Shown: positions 30,454 through 39,489 of the stretch, in pieces | How positions within the stretch are numbered: the stretch's first letter is position 1 | Layout: the number at the start of each line of letters is the position of its first letter | DNA from: Novosphingobium sp. | GTDB lineage: Bacteria; Pseudomonadota; Alphaproteobacteria; Sphingomonadales; Sphingomonadaceae | Reading direction: 5' to 3' | Length of the DNA stretch: 64,000 nucleotides | Assembly (NCBI GenBank): GCA_044225335.1 | Contig: JBGAIR010000002.1 | Coordinates: forward strand, 8,643 to 72,642 | The notes under the pieces: model-generated | The model's database searches: none | The model's input: only the letters and a program-made list of their open reading frames with translations | What the model was told of the DNA's origin: nothing | Position numbers and translations under genes: made by a program

Positions 30454-30972
30454 TCAGGAATTTGTGACTTCGCAGATGCCACCGGCACTGCGCTCCCGCA
30501 GGCATGCAACCATCTTTTCAAATCCTTCGCTGGTCAGCTCGATCCAGTACCGGCGCTTGTCGGCCGGATCGTCGCGGCGCGCGATCAGGCCATGCCGGGC
30601 CAAAGAGGCCAGACAGCGGAGCGCGGTGGTGGTCGGCACCCGCGAGGCAATGCATGACGAGGTTGTCGATATCCGCGCATCGGAAACCCTGGCGATGAAC
30701 AAATCCAGCAGAATATCCCAGGCCGGTTCGCCCAGCAGGTCGCTGCTGAAATGAACCGACCGCTGCATGCGCTCGGCATATTCCTTCTGTGCAAGTTTCG
30801 CCAATTGCTCAAGATCGCTGTTCGAAGGCGGTCCATCGAACTCGTGAGACAAATTGAATGCTTCTTTTTGCGCTGCCAATCGCATGTTTTCACTTTCAGT
30901 AAGTCTGATGAGATAATGATCCAGGCTTTCCAGGATCTGATCGAGGTTGGATGAGGAAAGATCCCGGGTCAC
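30454..30972 (-). CDS. Winged-helix (MarR-like) DNA-binding protein
   Basis: C-terminal LLGEPAWDILLDLFIARVSDARISTTSSCIASRVPTTTALRCLASLARHGLIARRDDPADKRRYWIELTSEG is a wHTH. The GTG start overlaps the radC stop (GTGA). The N-terminal half is low in GC. Confidence 0.65.
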   Translation of the reverse strand: MTRDLSSSNLDQILESLDHYLIRLTESENMRLAAQKEAFNLSHEFDGPPSNSDLEQLAKLAQKEYAERMQRSVHFSSDLLGEPAWDILLDLFIARVSDARISTTSSCIASRVPTTTALRCLASLARHGLIARRDDPADKRRYWIELTSEGFEKMVACLRERSAGGICEVTNS

Positions 30973-31598
30973 AGCAGCTTCAGCTCGCGCATGCTGACCA
31001 GCCTTGTGCCCGCAACAATGAGATGATCGAGCAGTCTGATCTCCAGCGCAGCCGCCACAGTGCTGATCCGGCGCGTGGCCTGCACGTCTTCTGTGCTGGG
31101 ATATGGTGAATTCGAAGGATGGTTGTGCGTCAGATAGAAACCCGCCGCCTCCAGCTGCATCGCCCGCCGCAGGATCGTCGATATGCTGGTTTCAACGCGA
31201 TCAGCCTGACCGCTGGCGATATGCTCCATCGCGATGAAGCCGCTGTGTCGATCAACAAAGATGGCATGCAGCTGTTCTTCGCGGCACCCCCGGAAGATCA
31301 GGGCGAGATATTTGGCCAGATCGGGATCGGATACATCAACCGGTGCGCGCGAGATCGCTTCATGCAGCGACGCCAGAACCAGCGCTCTGGCCCCAGCGAT
31401 CATCCCGCCAACATCCGCCCGTCCCTGGCAAGCCGACATGATCTCGGCATCGCTGGCGGACAGCATCCTGCCCATTGTGCCGAAATGCGCGATAAGATCC
31501 GCCGCAACCTCTTGTGCAGCGCCGCCCGCGAATGGGCCTAGGAGCTCTGCCAGGAAGGATACTGGCCGTACTGTCTTGCGCGCCGGATATGGCACCAC
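30969..31598 (-). CDS. radC: RadC-like JAB/MPN-domain protein
   Basis: C-terminal JAB motif GFYLTHNHPSNSPYPSTEDVQATRR and the ending HLIV....VSMRE. The long ORF-track form (to 32036) overlaps a convincing membrane-protein gene in another frame. I therefore place the start at in-frame GTG 31598 or 31595, which remains uncertain. Confidence 0.72.
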   Translation of the reverse strand: MVPYPARKTVRPVSFLAELLGPFAGGAAQEVAADLIAHFGTMGRMLSASDAEIMSACQGRADVGGMIAGARALVLASLHEAISRAPVDVSDPDLAKYLALIFRGCREEQLHAIFVDRHSGFIAMEHIASGQADRVETSISTILRRAMQLEAAGFYLTHNHPSNSPYPSTEDVQATRRISTVAAALEIRLLDHLIVAGTRLVSMRELKLL

Positions 31599-32005
31599 AG
31601 GCCCACTGCGAAGACCACTATCTGCAAATAGGACGGTGCGATCGCCAGGATTGCGTAAGCGACCCGCACCACCGAGGGGTTGAGCGCGATCACCAAGTGC
31701 GAGATCGTTGCGGCCAGCTGCAACGCCCCCATGATAATCGGATATACCCGGTTGGCCTGAAGAGCGAGCGTCACCATTGCAGCAGCGGCAGCCAGATCGA
31801 TCACGAAATGCCCCAGATTGATCTGCGCAAGCATCACATCGACAGGAAACACAAGATGATAGATCCGATCGACGACAAACATCCCGACGAAAATTGCCGC
31901 GATCCAGCGCTCCGGGGCAGCTCCGCGCCACAACGCCAGGATCACCAGAAGCAGCAATACCATGCTCTGGTAGTCTGCTTTGGCTTGCCAGATCATACTC
32001 AGCAT
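31538..32005 (-). CDS. Hypothetical integral membrane protein (about 4 TM)
   Basis: Clean alternation of hydrophobic helices (MVLLLLVILALW, IAAIFVGMFVV, AAAAAMVTLAL, VAYAILAIAPSYLQIVVFAVGLW). I recognise no family. Confidence 0.6.
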   Translation of the reverse strand: MLSMIWQAKADYQSMVLLLLVILALWRGAAPERWIAAIFVGMFVVDRIYHLVFPVDVMLAQINLGHFVIDLAAAAAMVTLALQANRVYPIIMGALQLAATISHLVIALNPSVVRVAYAILAIAPSYLQIVVFAVGLWCHIRRARQYGQYPSWQSS

Positions 32006-32044
32006 GAACGGATCGCGGCTGTTTTCGAGTAAACATCGTCAGTG

Positions 32045-32377
32045 TCAGGCCGAAATGGCGCGCACTTCATCATTATATGATGCGAATTTTGGCGTTGATC
32101 CGTTTTCGTCAAGAAACCCCAATTCCATGCCGATGCCAGACATTTCATCATGAACGCGGAAGATATCATTGCTGCCTTCCACCAGCGACTGCTGAGCGCG
32201 GACCAGGCGGATGAGCGCCTTCTGCCCGGTATGCGGTACGACGCCGGCTTCACCGCGAGCCTTGACCAATGTCGCCAAAAGCTCTGCTGATTTGAGAAGG
32301 GCCTGATCGGTGGCGAGCTCTGCTTCACGGAGTTGACGGCCAATTCTTGCTGTTGCTGCATTCAGATCAAGTGCCAT
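32045..32377 (-). CDS. Hypothetical 110-aa soluble, helix-rich protein
   Basis: ATG 32377 is preceded by a strong RBS (GGAGGACCACC-ATG). The upstream extension of the ORF-track call is Arg/Gly/His-rich junk. I recognise no family. Confidence 0.6.
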   Translation of the reverse strand: MALDLNAATARIGRQLREAELATDQALLKSAELLATLVKARGEAGVVPHTGQKALIRLVRAQQSLVEGSNDIFRVHDEMSGIGMELGFLDENGSTPKFASYNDEVRAISA

Positions 32378-32418
32378 GGTGGTCCTCCGGGGCCCACCAT
32401 GCCCTTTGGTGGACCTGA

Positions 32419-32979
32419 CTATTTGGGTGTGGAGGCGATGCGCTCTGCCGAAAGGGCCGATGACACACCCTGCGCCGCGCCTAGGCCAAGAATGACCGCA
32501 GCGAACAAGCCGATGGTGAGTGCGACCATAAGGGTCGCCCGAGCCCATTTCGAATTGGCACCGTTGAGCACCTCCGGGACGACCCTTGGCTCGGTCATCA
32601 GGCTCCACGGTGCATCAACCCGGTAGCTGATGCTGTCGTGAAAACTGACCGCCGGGGTCAGATCGTCCGCCACCGGGATTTGGCTGGCAGGAGGGTCGCT
32701 CGGAAGTCCTGAATTTATGCATGCAGAATTTCTGCAGTCCTCGGTCAGCAGCGGATCAGGCATTGCCCGATGCACATCAGCCAGTTCAGTGAGGCTGTTC
32801 ACCCCCAGCGCAAGCTTGAGAGTCTTGATGTGCTGGTTGACTGCCGATTCTGAAATGCCAAGCTCACCGGCAACCTGTTTCAGGGTGCGCCGCTTGGCTA
32901 CCAGTTCCAGCACCTGGACCTGGCGTGATGTCAGCTCCCGAACCGGGAGTGACCGACTGGATTCTTGCAGCGCCCGCAT
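32419..32979 (-). CDS. Membrane-anchored LuxR/FixJ-type HTH protein (N-terminal HTH, C-terminal TM)
   Basis: LTSRQVQVLELVAKRRTLKQVAGELGISESAVNQHIKTLKLAL is a GerE/LuxR HTH at residues about 16-60. A single TM segment, ATLMVALTIGLFAAVILGLGAA, lies near the C-terminus. Confidence 0.7.
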   Translation of the reverse strand: MRALQESSRSLPVRELTSRQVQVLELVAKRRTLKQVAGELGISESAVNQHIKTLKLALGVNSLTELADVHRAMPDPLLTEDCRNSACINSGLPSDPPASQIPVADDLTPAVSFHDSISYRVDAPWSLMTEPRVVPEVLNGANSKWARATLMVALTIGLFAAVILGLGAAQGVSSALSAERIASTPK

Positions 32980-33081
32980 TCATTGTGCCTTTGCACGGTT
33001 AGGACGGGCGCTTAATACATAAATCGATCAAGAAAGGGAATGCCCGCCGACGCCGGTGGAAATATCCAGCTGACGGCGCGC

Positions 33082-33115
33082 AAATAAATGCCCGCCATGT
33101 TGTCCAAAGGCGGGC
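33082..33115 (-). terminator. Rho-independent terminator after the cupin gene
   Basis: Minus strand: GCCCGCC-tttggacaacat-GGCGGGC followed by ATTTATTT. Confidence 0.55.
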
Positions 33116-33155
33116 GTGAGAAAGCGGCGATGCTGTCTGCCGTTCAGAGAGAACT

Positions 33156-34019
33156 TCAGGCGGCAAGACCCAGCTTGCGAACCGCCCGCCATGCCAGTGC
33201 CTTGGCGCGGTTCCGGGCCGGGAAAGCTCCGGGGCTGACCGGGGACAGGCCGAAACGCCGCAGCAGATGGTTGAAGGCCCGTGCATCCGCCTCGGCATAG
33301 CTCCAGTCGGATCGCCAGGTGACGGACAGCGAGATCGACGGGAATTCACCATTCTGTACCCAATGCGGCGCCTTTACCGGCACATGGATCGCCTGCCCGG
33401 GTGCAATGGTGATTGGATAGCCCTTGGCGGCGAAACCGTCCTGCCAGGGCAAATTGCGATGATGCATGCCGAGATGGTAATCCTCATGCACACGCGCGGC
33501 GAACATCACTTCGTCTTCGACCGGGAACAATGTCATCGTCTTGGAGCCGGTGATCTGCAGCAGGATGTTGTGCTCAGGATCGAAGTGGAATGGTGTGACC
33601 GATCCCGGCGAAGTGATGAAGATGAAGCCTTCCAGCTGCATCATCTTGCCGGTGCGCGGGGTAACCACCGCTTCCAGCTCAGCCAGCACCCCGCGCAGCA
33701 GCGCAGCATAGGCCGGATGTTGCTCGATCCGTTTGAGCGCCACCCACGAGCCGCTCTGGGCGATGTTGCGGATGGTTTCGACCACGGTCAGATCGGATTT
33801 CGGCACATCTTCCGGCGCAATTCCGATCGGCAGCTTGCCGGGATTATATTCGATGCTGTCAGCAGGCAGCGCGGCGGCCAGATCGGCCAGCGCATCGAAT
33901 GTCAGCAACGGATGCTCGGTCAGCTGATGTGCAAGCCGCAGCGGCGTGGCAGGATAGGCCTTGGCAAAGGCTGCCAGCGTTTCAGGCGGAAAAACAGCGT
34001 CCTGCATCGCAAACTGCAT
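33156..34019 (-). CDS. JmjC/cupin-like domain protein (putative 2-oxoglutarate/Fe(II) hydroxylase fold)
   Basis: GSVTPFHFDPEHNILLQITGSKTMTLFP and a later HWV motif fit the cupin_8/JmjC His-x-Asp...His pattern. Confidence 0.65.
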   Translation of the reverse strand: MQFAMQDAVFPPETLAAFAKAYPATPLRLAHQLTEHPLLTFDALADLAAALPADSIEYNPGKLPIGIAPEDVPKSDLTVVETIRNIAQSGSWVALKRIEQHPAYAALLRGVLAELEAVVTPRTGKMMQLEGFIFITSPGSVTPFHFDPEHNILLQITGSKTMTLFPVEDEVMFAARVHEDYHLGMHHRNLPWQDGFAAKGYPITIAPGQAIHVPVKAPHWVQNGEFPSISLSVTWRSDWSYAEADARAFNHLLRRFGLSPVSPGAFPARNRAKALAWRAVRKLGLAA

Positions 34020-34088
34020 CGCAAATCCTCCTTGAACAAGGCTTGCGCATAGCAGAGGCGGGTTAATATCGCGTTGGCGGCGTTCGGT

Positions 34089-34583
34089 TCATCCCGGCCG
34101 GAACAGCAAGGCATCGCCATTCATGCAATAGCGCTTGCCGGTGGGGCGGGGCCCATCGTCGAAAACATGGCCCAGATGCCCGCCGCACCGCGTGCAATGC
34201 ACTTCGGTTCGGGGATAGCCGGTTTCCCAATCGGTGCTGGTGGCAACCGCACCGCGCAAAGGTGCCCAGAAGCTGGGCCAGCCGGTGCCGCTGTCAAACT
34301 TGGTTTGCGACGAGAACAGCGGATTGCCGTCGGCCGCGCAGACAAAGGTGCCGCGCCGGTGTTCGCGCAGCAGCGGCGATGTGCCGGGAACTTCGGTCCC
34401 CTTTTGCCGCAGGATGTAATATTGCTCTCCCGTCAGGCGTCGCCGCCATTCTGCATCGGTAAAGCGTACCGGATAGCTTGCCGCCTCGGCCTTGCCGCCG
34501 CAGGCAGCAAGCACCGGCAAGGCGGCAGAGGCCGACAGCCAGCCGAGCAAGCGGCGCCGGGAAAGCAGATCAGGCTGGCTCAT
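34089..34583 (-). CDS. msrB: Peptide-methionine (R)-S-oxide reductase MsrB, exported form (Tat-like signal)
   Basis: GTGWPSFW and CTRCGGHLGHVFDDGP motifs. N-terminal SRRRLLGWLSASAALPVLAACGG. ATG 34583 has GGGAG 8 nt upstream. Confidence 0.9.
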   Translation of the reverse strand: MSQPDLLSRRRLLGWLSASAALPVLAACGGKAEAASYPVRFTDAEWRRRLTGEQYYILRQKGTEVPGTSPLLREHRRGTFVCAADGNPLFSSQTKFDSGTGWPSFWAPLRGAVATSTDWETGYPRTEVHCTRCGGHLGHVFDDGPRPTGKRYCMNGDALLFRPG

Positions 34584-34671
34584 CACGGGTACTCCCAAGT
34601 TGATGCGATCATGCCGCACCAGTGGTTTCGCGCCAAGGGCCTGTCTGGTTACTGAACTACGCCAGCTGCGA

Positions 34672-36006
34672 TCAGAATTTGCTGAGCGTCACGCCCAGTT
34701 TGCGGAAGCCATGGACGAAATTGGCGCGAACCCGCTCGACCCGGCCGGTGACATTCACGCGCATCCGCCGTTCATGCATTTCTTCCATCAGGATCTTCAG
34801 CTGCAGCTCGGCCAGACGCGCACCGACGCAGCGGTGGATGCCATAGCCGAACGAGAGATGCCGCCGCGCATTCTCGCGCGTGATGATCAGCTTGTCCGGG
34901 TTCTCAAACACCGTCTCATCGCGATTGGCGGAAATGTACCACAGGATCAGCTTGTCACCCTTTTTCACCGCATTGCCGAACAGATCGGCATCATCGGTGG
35001 CGGTGCGGCGCATATGCGCCAGCGGCGTCATATAGCGGATGCATTCCTGCACCGCGTTGGGAATCACCGAAGGATCGTTTTCAAATATCGCCCGCTGATC
35101 CTGGAACTGGTCCAGCGAATGGACAATGCCGGACATCGTGTTGCGGGTGGTGTCATTGCCGCCAACGATCAGCAGGATCAGGTTGCCCATGAATTCCTGC
35201 GGGCTCATGTGGCTCATCGCGTCCGAATGGATCATCATCGAGATCAGATCACGGCTGGGGGCAGCGCCCATGCGTTCGATCCACAGGCGCTGGAAATAAT
35301 GCGCCATTTCACCCAGAATCTCGAAGCGGGTATCGTTGAGCTCACGTGCCAGACCCAGCTCGACATCGCCCGCCCAGTCCGACCAGAAGGTAAGCAGGCG
35401 GCGGTCTTCCCAGGGGAAGCCGAACAGGATTGCCAGCATTCCGGTGGTCAGTTCGATCGAGACCTTGTCCACCCAGTCAAATTCCTCGCCCCAGGGCAGG
35501 CTATCGAGCACTGCGGCGGTGCGCATCCGCACCTCGGCGGCCATCTTGTCGATTTCGCCGGGGGTGAAGGCCGGGGCAACGGTGCGGCGCTGCCCGGTGT
35601 GTTCGGGCCGGTCCATCGCGATGAACATCGGCAGGCGACGCTCTTCCAGCTGCACCGGATCGGCATCGGCCGGCGGATCGCCAATGGTGATGCCGCCATA
35701 CTGCCAGGAAGAAGAAAACAGTTCGGGCAGCGATTCAACATGCTGCACCGTCTTCACCGAGGTGACGTTCCAATAATCGCCATAGGGTGTGCCGGTCACC
35801 TTGTTGACCGGAGCCTTGGCCCGCATTTCCGCGAAAATCGGCTGCCAGCGATCTTCAACATAGATGTCGGATCGGGAAACGTCCCATGGCTGGGTGTGGG
35901 TTGGCAGTTCCTGCCCATGATCCTTGAGCCAGGCCTCAAACGCCTCGCTCGCAGTGGGGGAACGGCGATAGGTGAAGGGCTGATCCGCAATCGGTTGGGT
36001 GGCCAT
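34672..36006 (-). CDS. Cytochrome P450, CYP153-like (alkane/terminal hydroxylase family)
   Basis: LPMFIAMDRPEH, EEFDWVDKVSIELTTGMLAILFGFPWEDR, LLIVGGNDTTRNTMSG and heme loop HLSFGYGIHRCVGARLAELQL closely track CYP153A sequences as I remember them. Confidence 0.9.
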   Translation of the reverse strand: MATQPIADQPFTYRRSPTASEAFEAWLKDHGQELPTHTQPWDVSRSDIYVEDRWQPIFAEMRAKAPVNKVTGTPYGDYWNVTSVKTVQHVESLPELFSSSWQYGGITIGDPPADADPVQLEERRLPMFIAMDRPEHTGQRRTVAPAFTPGEIDKMAAEVRMRTAAVLDSLPWGEEFDWVDKVSIELTTGMLAILFGFPWEDRRLLTFWSDWAGDVELGLARELNDTRFEILGEMAHYFQRLWIERMGAAPSRDLISMMIHSDAMSHMSPQEFMGNLILLIVGGNDTTRNTMSGIVHSLDQFQDQRAIFENDPSVIPNAVQECIRYMTPLAHMRRTATDDADLFGNAVKKGDKLILWYISANRDETVFENPDKLIITRENARRHLSFGYGIHRCVGARLAELQLKILMEEMHERRMRVNVTGRVERVRANFVHGFRKLGVTLSKF

Positions 36007-36120
36007 GATGTCCTCTCCGGCGCTTGGCTCTGATTAAGTTTCTTGTTGGGACTTATCTGACTTAACTTACCATAGAGTCAATAGCATTAGGGTGGCGCGC
36101 GCCTCGGCCAAGCCAGCGGA

Positions 36121-37365
36121 TCAACCGGCTCGCCGCAAGCCGAACATCCGTCGCCCGGATTTGCCCGTGGCGGGGCCGCTCTTCATCACGCGCTTGCGGA
36201 ACAGCGTTGCCCCGGCGCGAACGAACAGCGCCACGCACACCAGCTGCCAGCCCAGCGCGGCGATATGCGGCCACAACCGCGGATCCTGGGCCGCGCGTGA
36301 CAGCATCGCAAAGGGTGAGCTGAACGGCACGATGGCCGCCGCCAGTTCCACCGCCGTGCCCGGCTGCGACATGGCATAGCTGGCGAAGAAGAAGTTCAGC
36401 AGTTGCAGCATGGTCACCGGCATCGACAGTGTCTGCACCTCGCGCACGGTGGTGGCCATTGATCCGATCGCCAGAAACACCGACCCCAGCAGCAGATAGC
36501 CCATCGCGAAATAGACCACCCCCAGCCCCAGGAACAGGGGCCAGCCAACGGCAGGCGCAGGAAATTCGCCCAGCGAATGCCCGGCGGTGAACCACACCAC
36601 GCTGCCGACGCTGGCCCAGACGGTGATCCCCACCATCGATACCGCCAGCATCGCGAACAGCTTGCCCAGGAACACGGCGTCCATCGGAATCGCCGCTGCC
36701 AGCACTTCGATGATCTTGTTGCCCTTTTCCTCGACCAGATTGGACAGCACCATGCCGGCCAGCAACATCATCAGCAGGAACAGCACGGTCTGCCCCAGCT
36801 GCGCGGTGATCAGGCGGCTGTGGGTCTGATCGGCGGTGCTGGTGGCGATCCGCGACAGGGTGACATCGGGATAGGCTTTCGGCCCCTGCCCCTGTGCCTG
36901 CGCGGCCAGCAGCGAAATCGGCCCCTGCCATTGCTCGATCCGTTCCTTCGTGCCGGTCAGCACCGGTGCAGCCAAGGTTCCGGTCAGCACCGCCGCCAGA
37001 TTGCCGCGCTTGTCCTTGATCGCTTCGGCCGGATTGACGCTCTCGCCGGGGCCAACCTCACGGATGATCAGCAGCACTGGCAGGCTGCGCCCGATCCGGG
37101 GCTCCAGCTGATGATAGGCTGCGGTCAGCGCCTTGATATCGGCAGCAGACATCGCGACGCCCAGCTCAGGCCGATCGGTATTCTGCTGCACACGCTGGCC
37201 GATCCCGCCAGCCAGACCGCCCACGATCAGGGGGAACAGCGGGCCGAGCAGGAAGAAGAAGAAACTGCGCGAAAACAGGATCGCGGTGAAATCGCGGCGC
37301 GCCACCACCAGCGCTGCGGCCAGGGTTGAAAGCCGCCCGGTGCGGATCGTGTCTTGCGCGCTCAT
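36121..37365 (-). CDS. ABC-2 type transporter permease (NatB-like)
   Basis: N-terminal TM segment, a large extracytoplasmic loop, then 5 C-terminal TM segments. Overlaps the ATPase gene stop by 4 nt. Confidence 0.8.
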   Translation of the reverse strand: MSAQDTIRTGRLSTLAAALVVARRDFTAILFSRSFFFFLLGPLFPLIVGGLAGGIGQRVQQNTDRPELGVAMSAADIKALTAAYHQLEPRIGRSLPVLLIIREVGPGESVNPAEAIKDKRGNLAAVLTGTLAAPVLTGTKERIEQWQGPISLLAAQAQGQGPKAYPDVTLSRIATSTADQTHSRLITAQLGQTVLFLLMMLLAGMVLSNLVEEKGNKIIEVLAAAIPMDAVFLGKLFAMLAVSMVGITVWASVGSVVWFTAGHSLGEFPAPAVGWPLFLGLGVVYFAMGYLLLGSVFLAIGSMATTVREVQTLSMPVTMLQLLNFFFASYAMSQPGTAVELAAAIVPFSSPFAMLSRAAQDPRLWPHIAALGWQLVCVALFVRAGATLFRKRVMKSGPATGKSGRRMFGLRRAG

Positions 37366-38321
37366 CGGCGGGCCTCCTCAGGCGATTCATCCAGGGCACG
37401 GGCAGCTGCCTCGCCGGCGATGGCGACAAAGGCGTCGTGAAGCCCGGCGCGTTCGATCGACAGCGAGAGGATGCCAGCCTCACCTTCGATCAAGGCGCGC
37501 AGCAGCGGTTCAATCCCGCTTTCGGGCAAGGAGAAATACCAGAAGCTGCCCTCATGCCGGGCATCGGCGGGAAGCGCGCGCCCCCCCGGCCCGTCGGCGG
37601 CGCGGGTTTCCAGCCGCACCTGCGGCCTGATCCGGTCACGCGCAGCGTCGACCGGCCCGGCGAACGGCACCTTGCCCCCGGCGATAATCGCCACTTCATC
37701 GCACAGCCGTTCGGCATGGGCGATAACATGGGTTGAAAAGATCACCGTGGTGCCCTTTGCCGCCAGCCCCCGGATCATCAGCTCCAGCTTGCCCTGATTG
37801 AGCGCGTCGAGGCCGGAGAACGGCTCGTCAAACACCACCAGCTGCGGATTGTGAACCAGCGTGCCCAGCAGCTGAACCTGCTGCGCCATGCCCTTGGAAA
37901 GCTGGCGGATCTGCCGGTCGATGGCATAGCCCAGTCCGTGTTCTTCCAGCAGCACCCGCCCGCGCCGCTTGCCTTCGGCCAGCGGCAATCCGCGCAGCGC
38001 GCCCAGAAAGGCAATCGCCTCATAGGCTTTCATCGCCGGATAGAGCCCGCGCTCTTCCGGCAGATAGCCAATGGTGTGGGACACCTCATGCGGGCGTTCG
38101 TGCCCCAGAATGCGACGCATCCCGGCATCGGGATCGATGATGCCCAGCAGCATTCTGAGCGTGGTGGTCTTGCCCGCGCCATTGGGGCCAAGAATGCCGT
38201 AGATCGATCCGCGCGGGACCGACAGGTCAACACCGTCAACCGCGGTGAAATCATCGAAGCGCTTGATCAGTCCCTGTGCTTCGATTGCCAGTGCGGCGCC
38301 ATCGCCCGCGTTGCTCGCCAT
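37362..38321 (-). CDS. ABC transporter ATP-binding protein (NatA-like)
   Basis: Walker [10 protein letters not shown], signature LSKGMAQQ, Walker [12 protein letters not shown]. Confidence 0.9.
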   Translation of the reverse strand: MASNAGDGAALAIEAQGLIKRFDDFTAVDGVDLSVPRGSIYGILGPNGAGKTTTLRMLLGIIDPDAGMRRILGHERPHEVSHTIGYLPEERGLYPAMKAYEAIAFLGALRGLPLAEGKRRGRVLLEEHGLGYAIDRQIRQLSKGMAQQVQLLGTLVHNPQLVVFDEPFSGLDALNQGKLELMIRGLAAKGTTVIFSTHVIAHAERLCDEVAIIAGGKVPFAGPVDAARDRIRPQVRLETRAADGPGGRALPADARHEGSFWYFSLPESGIEPLLRALIEGEAGILSLSIERAGLHDAFVAIAGEAAARALDESPEEARR

Positions 38322-38380
38322 GCAGCATTCCTATAGCAGATTGGTGGTGCCGATCGTCTGCACCGCAATATGGGCCGGAA

Positions 38381-39475
38381 ATGAACGCGACAACCGAAAG
38401 TTTGGTTAACGGCCCGGTACTTGCCCGATTGCGCGATGATCTGGCGAGTGAGGCGGCGCGACTGGGCTTTGCCGCTTTCGGAATTGCCCCCGTGCAGGAA
38501 GATCCGCTGATGGCGGCGCATCTCGATCAATGGCTGGATGCCGGGATGCATGGCGAAATGGCATGGATGGCAGAGCGCGCCCATCATCGCCGCAGCCCGC
38601 AGGCGCTTTGGGACGAGGCGCAAAGCGTGATCGCGCTGGGCTTCAGCTATGCCCCCGGCCATGATCCGCTGGCGCTGGCCGATCAGCCAGATCGCGCCCG
38701 CATATCCGTCTATGCGCAGGGCGCGGACTATCATGATGTCGTGAAGAAGGCGCTGAAAGCCCTGGCGCGCTGGCTGGTTGGCGAAGCGGAAAAACGCGGA
38801 TTGAGTGGCGCCGGAGTCAAGGTCTTCGTCGATACCGCGCCGGTGCCCGAAAAGCCGCTGGCAGCGGCAGCGGGGCTGGGCTGGCAGGGGCGACACACCA
38901 ATCTGGTCAGCCGTGATCAGGGCAGCTGGCTCTTTCTGGGTGCGATCTATACCACCTTGCCATTCGTGCCGGATGGTGCGGCGAAGGATCGCTGTGGCAG
39001 CTGTGATGCCTGCCAGCGCGCCTGCCCGACGCAGGCCTTCCCGGCCCCCTATCGGCTCGATGCGCGGCGGTGCATTTCCTATCTGACAATCGAGCTGAAA
39101 GGCCCGATCCCGCTGGAGTTTCGCAAAGCCATCGGCAACCGGATCTATGGCTGCGATGATTGTCTGGCGGTTTGCCCCTGGAACAAATTCGCCGAGGCGG
39201 CCCACACCATCAAGGCCTTTCGCCCGCGCGCCGAACTTGCCGCGCCGCGACTGGCGGAACTGCTGACGCTGGACGACGCGGGGTTTCGCAAGCTGTTTTC
39301 CGGTTCGCCGATCAAGCGGATCGGCCGCAACCGTTTTGTTCGCAACTGCCTGATCGCGGCGGGCAACAGCGGTGATGCGGCGCTGACTGCCACTGTCACC
39401 GCATTGACTGCAGACCCGGACGAAACGGTGGCCGAAGCCGCCCGCTGGGCTCTGGACGAACTCAGCGCGGCATAG
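38381..39475 (+). CDS. queG: tRNA epoxyqueuosine(34) reductase
   Basis: Two 4Fe-4S motifs ([16 protein letters not shown] and [11 protein letters not shown]) and a C-terminal HEAT-like repeat. I chose start ATG 38381, because the longer ORF overlaps the ABC gene. Confidence 0.9.
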   Translation: MNATTESLVNGPVLARLRDDLASEAARLGFAAFGIAPVQEDPLMAAHLDQWLDAGMHGEMAWMAERAHHRRSPQALWDEAQSVIALGFSYAPGHDPLALADQPDRARISVYAQGADYHDVVKKALKALARWLVGEAEKRGLSGAGVKVFVDTAPVPEKPLAAAAGLGWQGRHTNLVSRDQGSWLFLGAIYTTLPFVPDGAAKDRCGSCDACQRACPTQAFPAPYRLDARRCISYLTIELKGPIPLEFRKAIGNRIYGCDDCLAVCPWNKFAEAAHTIKAFRPRAELAAPRLAELLTLDDAGFRKLFSGSPIKRIGRNRFVRNCLIAAGNSGDAALTATVTALTADPDETVAEAARWALDELSAA

Positions 39476-39489
39476 GCGAGCCTCCTCGC

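Noticed and set aside
30969-32036. The long 355-aa form of RadC given by the ORF track
   Set aside because: Its N-terminal 150 or so residues are Cys/Arg/Gly-rich and overlap, in another frame, a clean 4-TM membrane protein ORF (31538-32005). RadC homology starts only near residue 160, so I call a shorter RadC beginning at an in-frame GTG (31598 or 31595).
32378-32608. N-terminal extension of the 187-aa ORF 32045..32608
   Set aside because: The extension is Arg/Gly/His-rich and overlaps the LuxR-HTH gene. An internal ATG (32377) has a perfect GGAGG RBS, so I call the short 110-aa form.
34492-36033. 513-aa ORF antisense to the CYP153 P450
   Set aside because: Same reasoning. Its composition is low-complexity (R/H/G/Q-rich), and the P450 on the other strand has all the family motifs.
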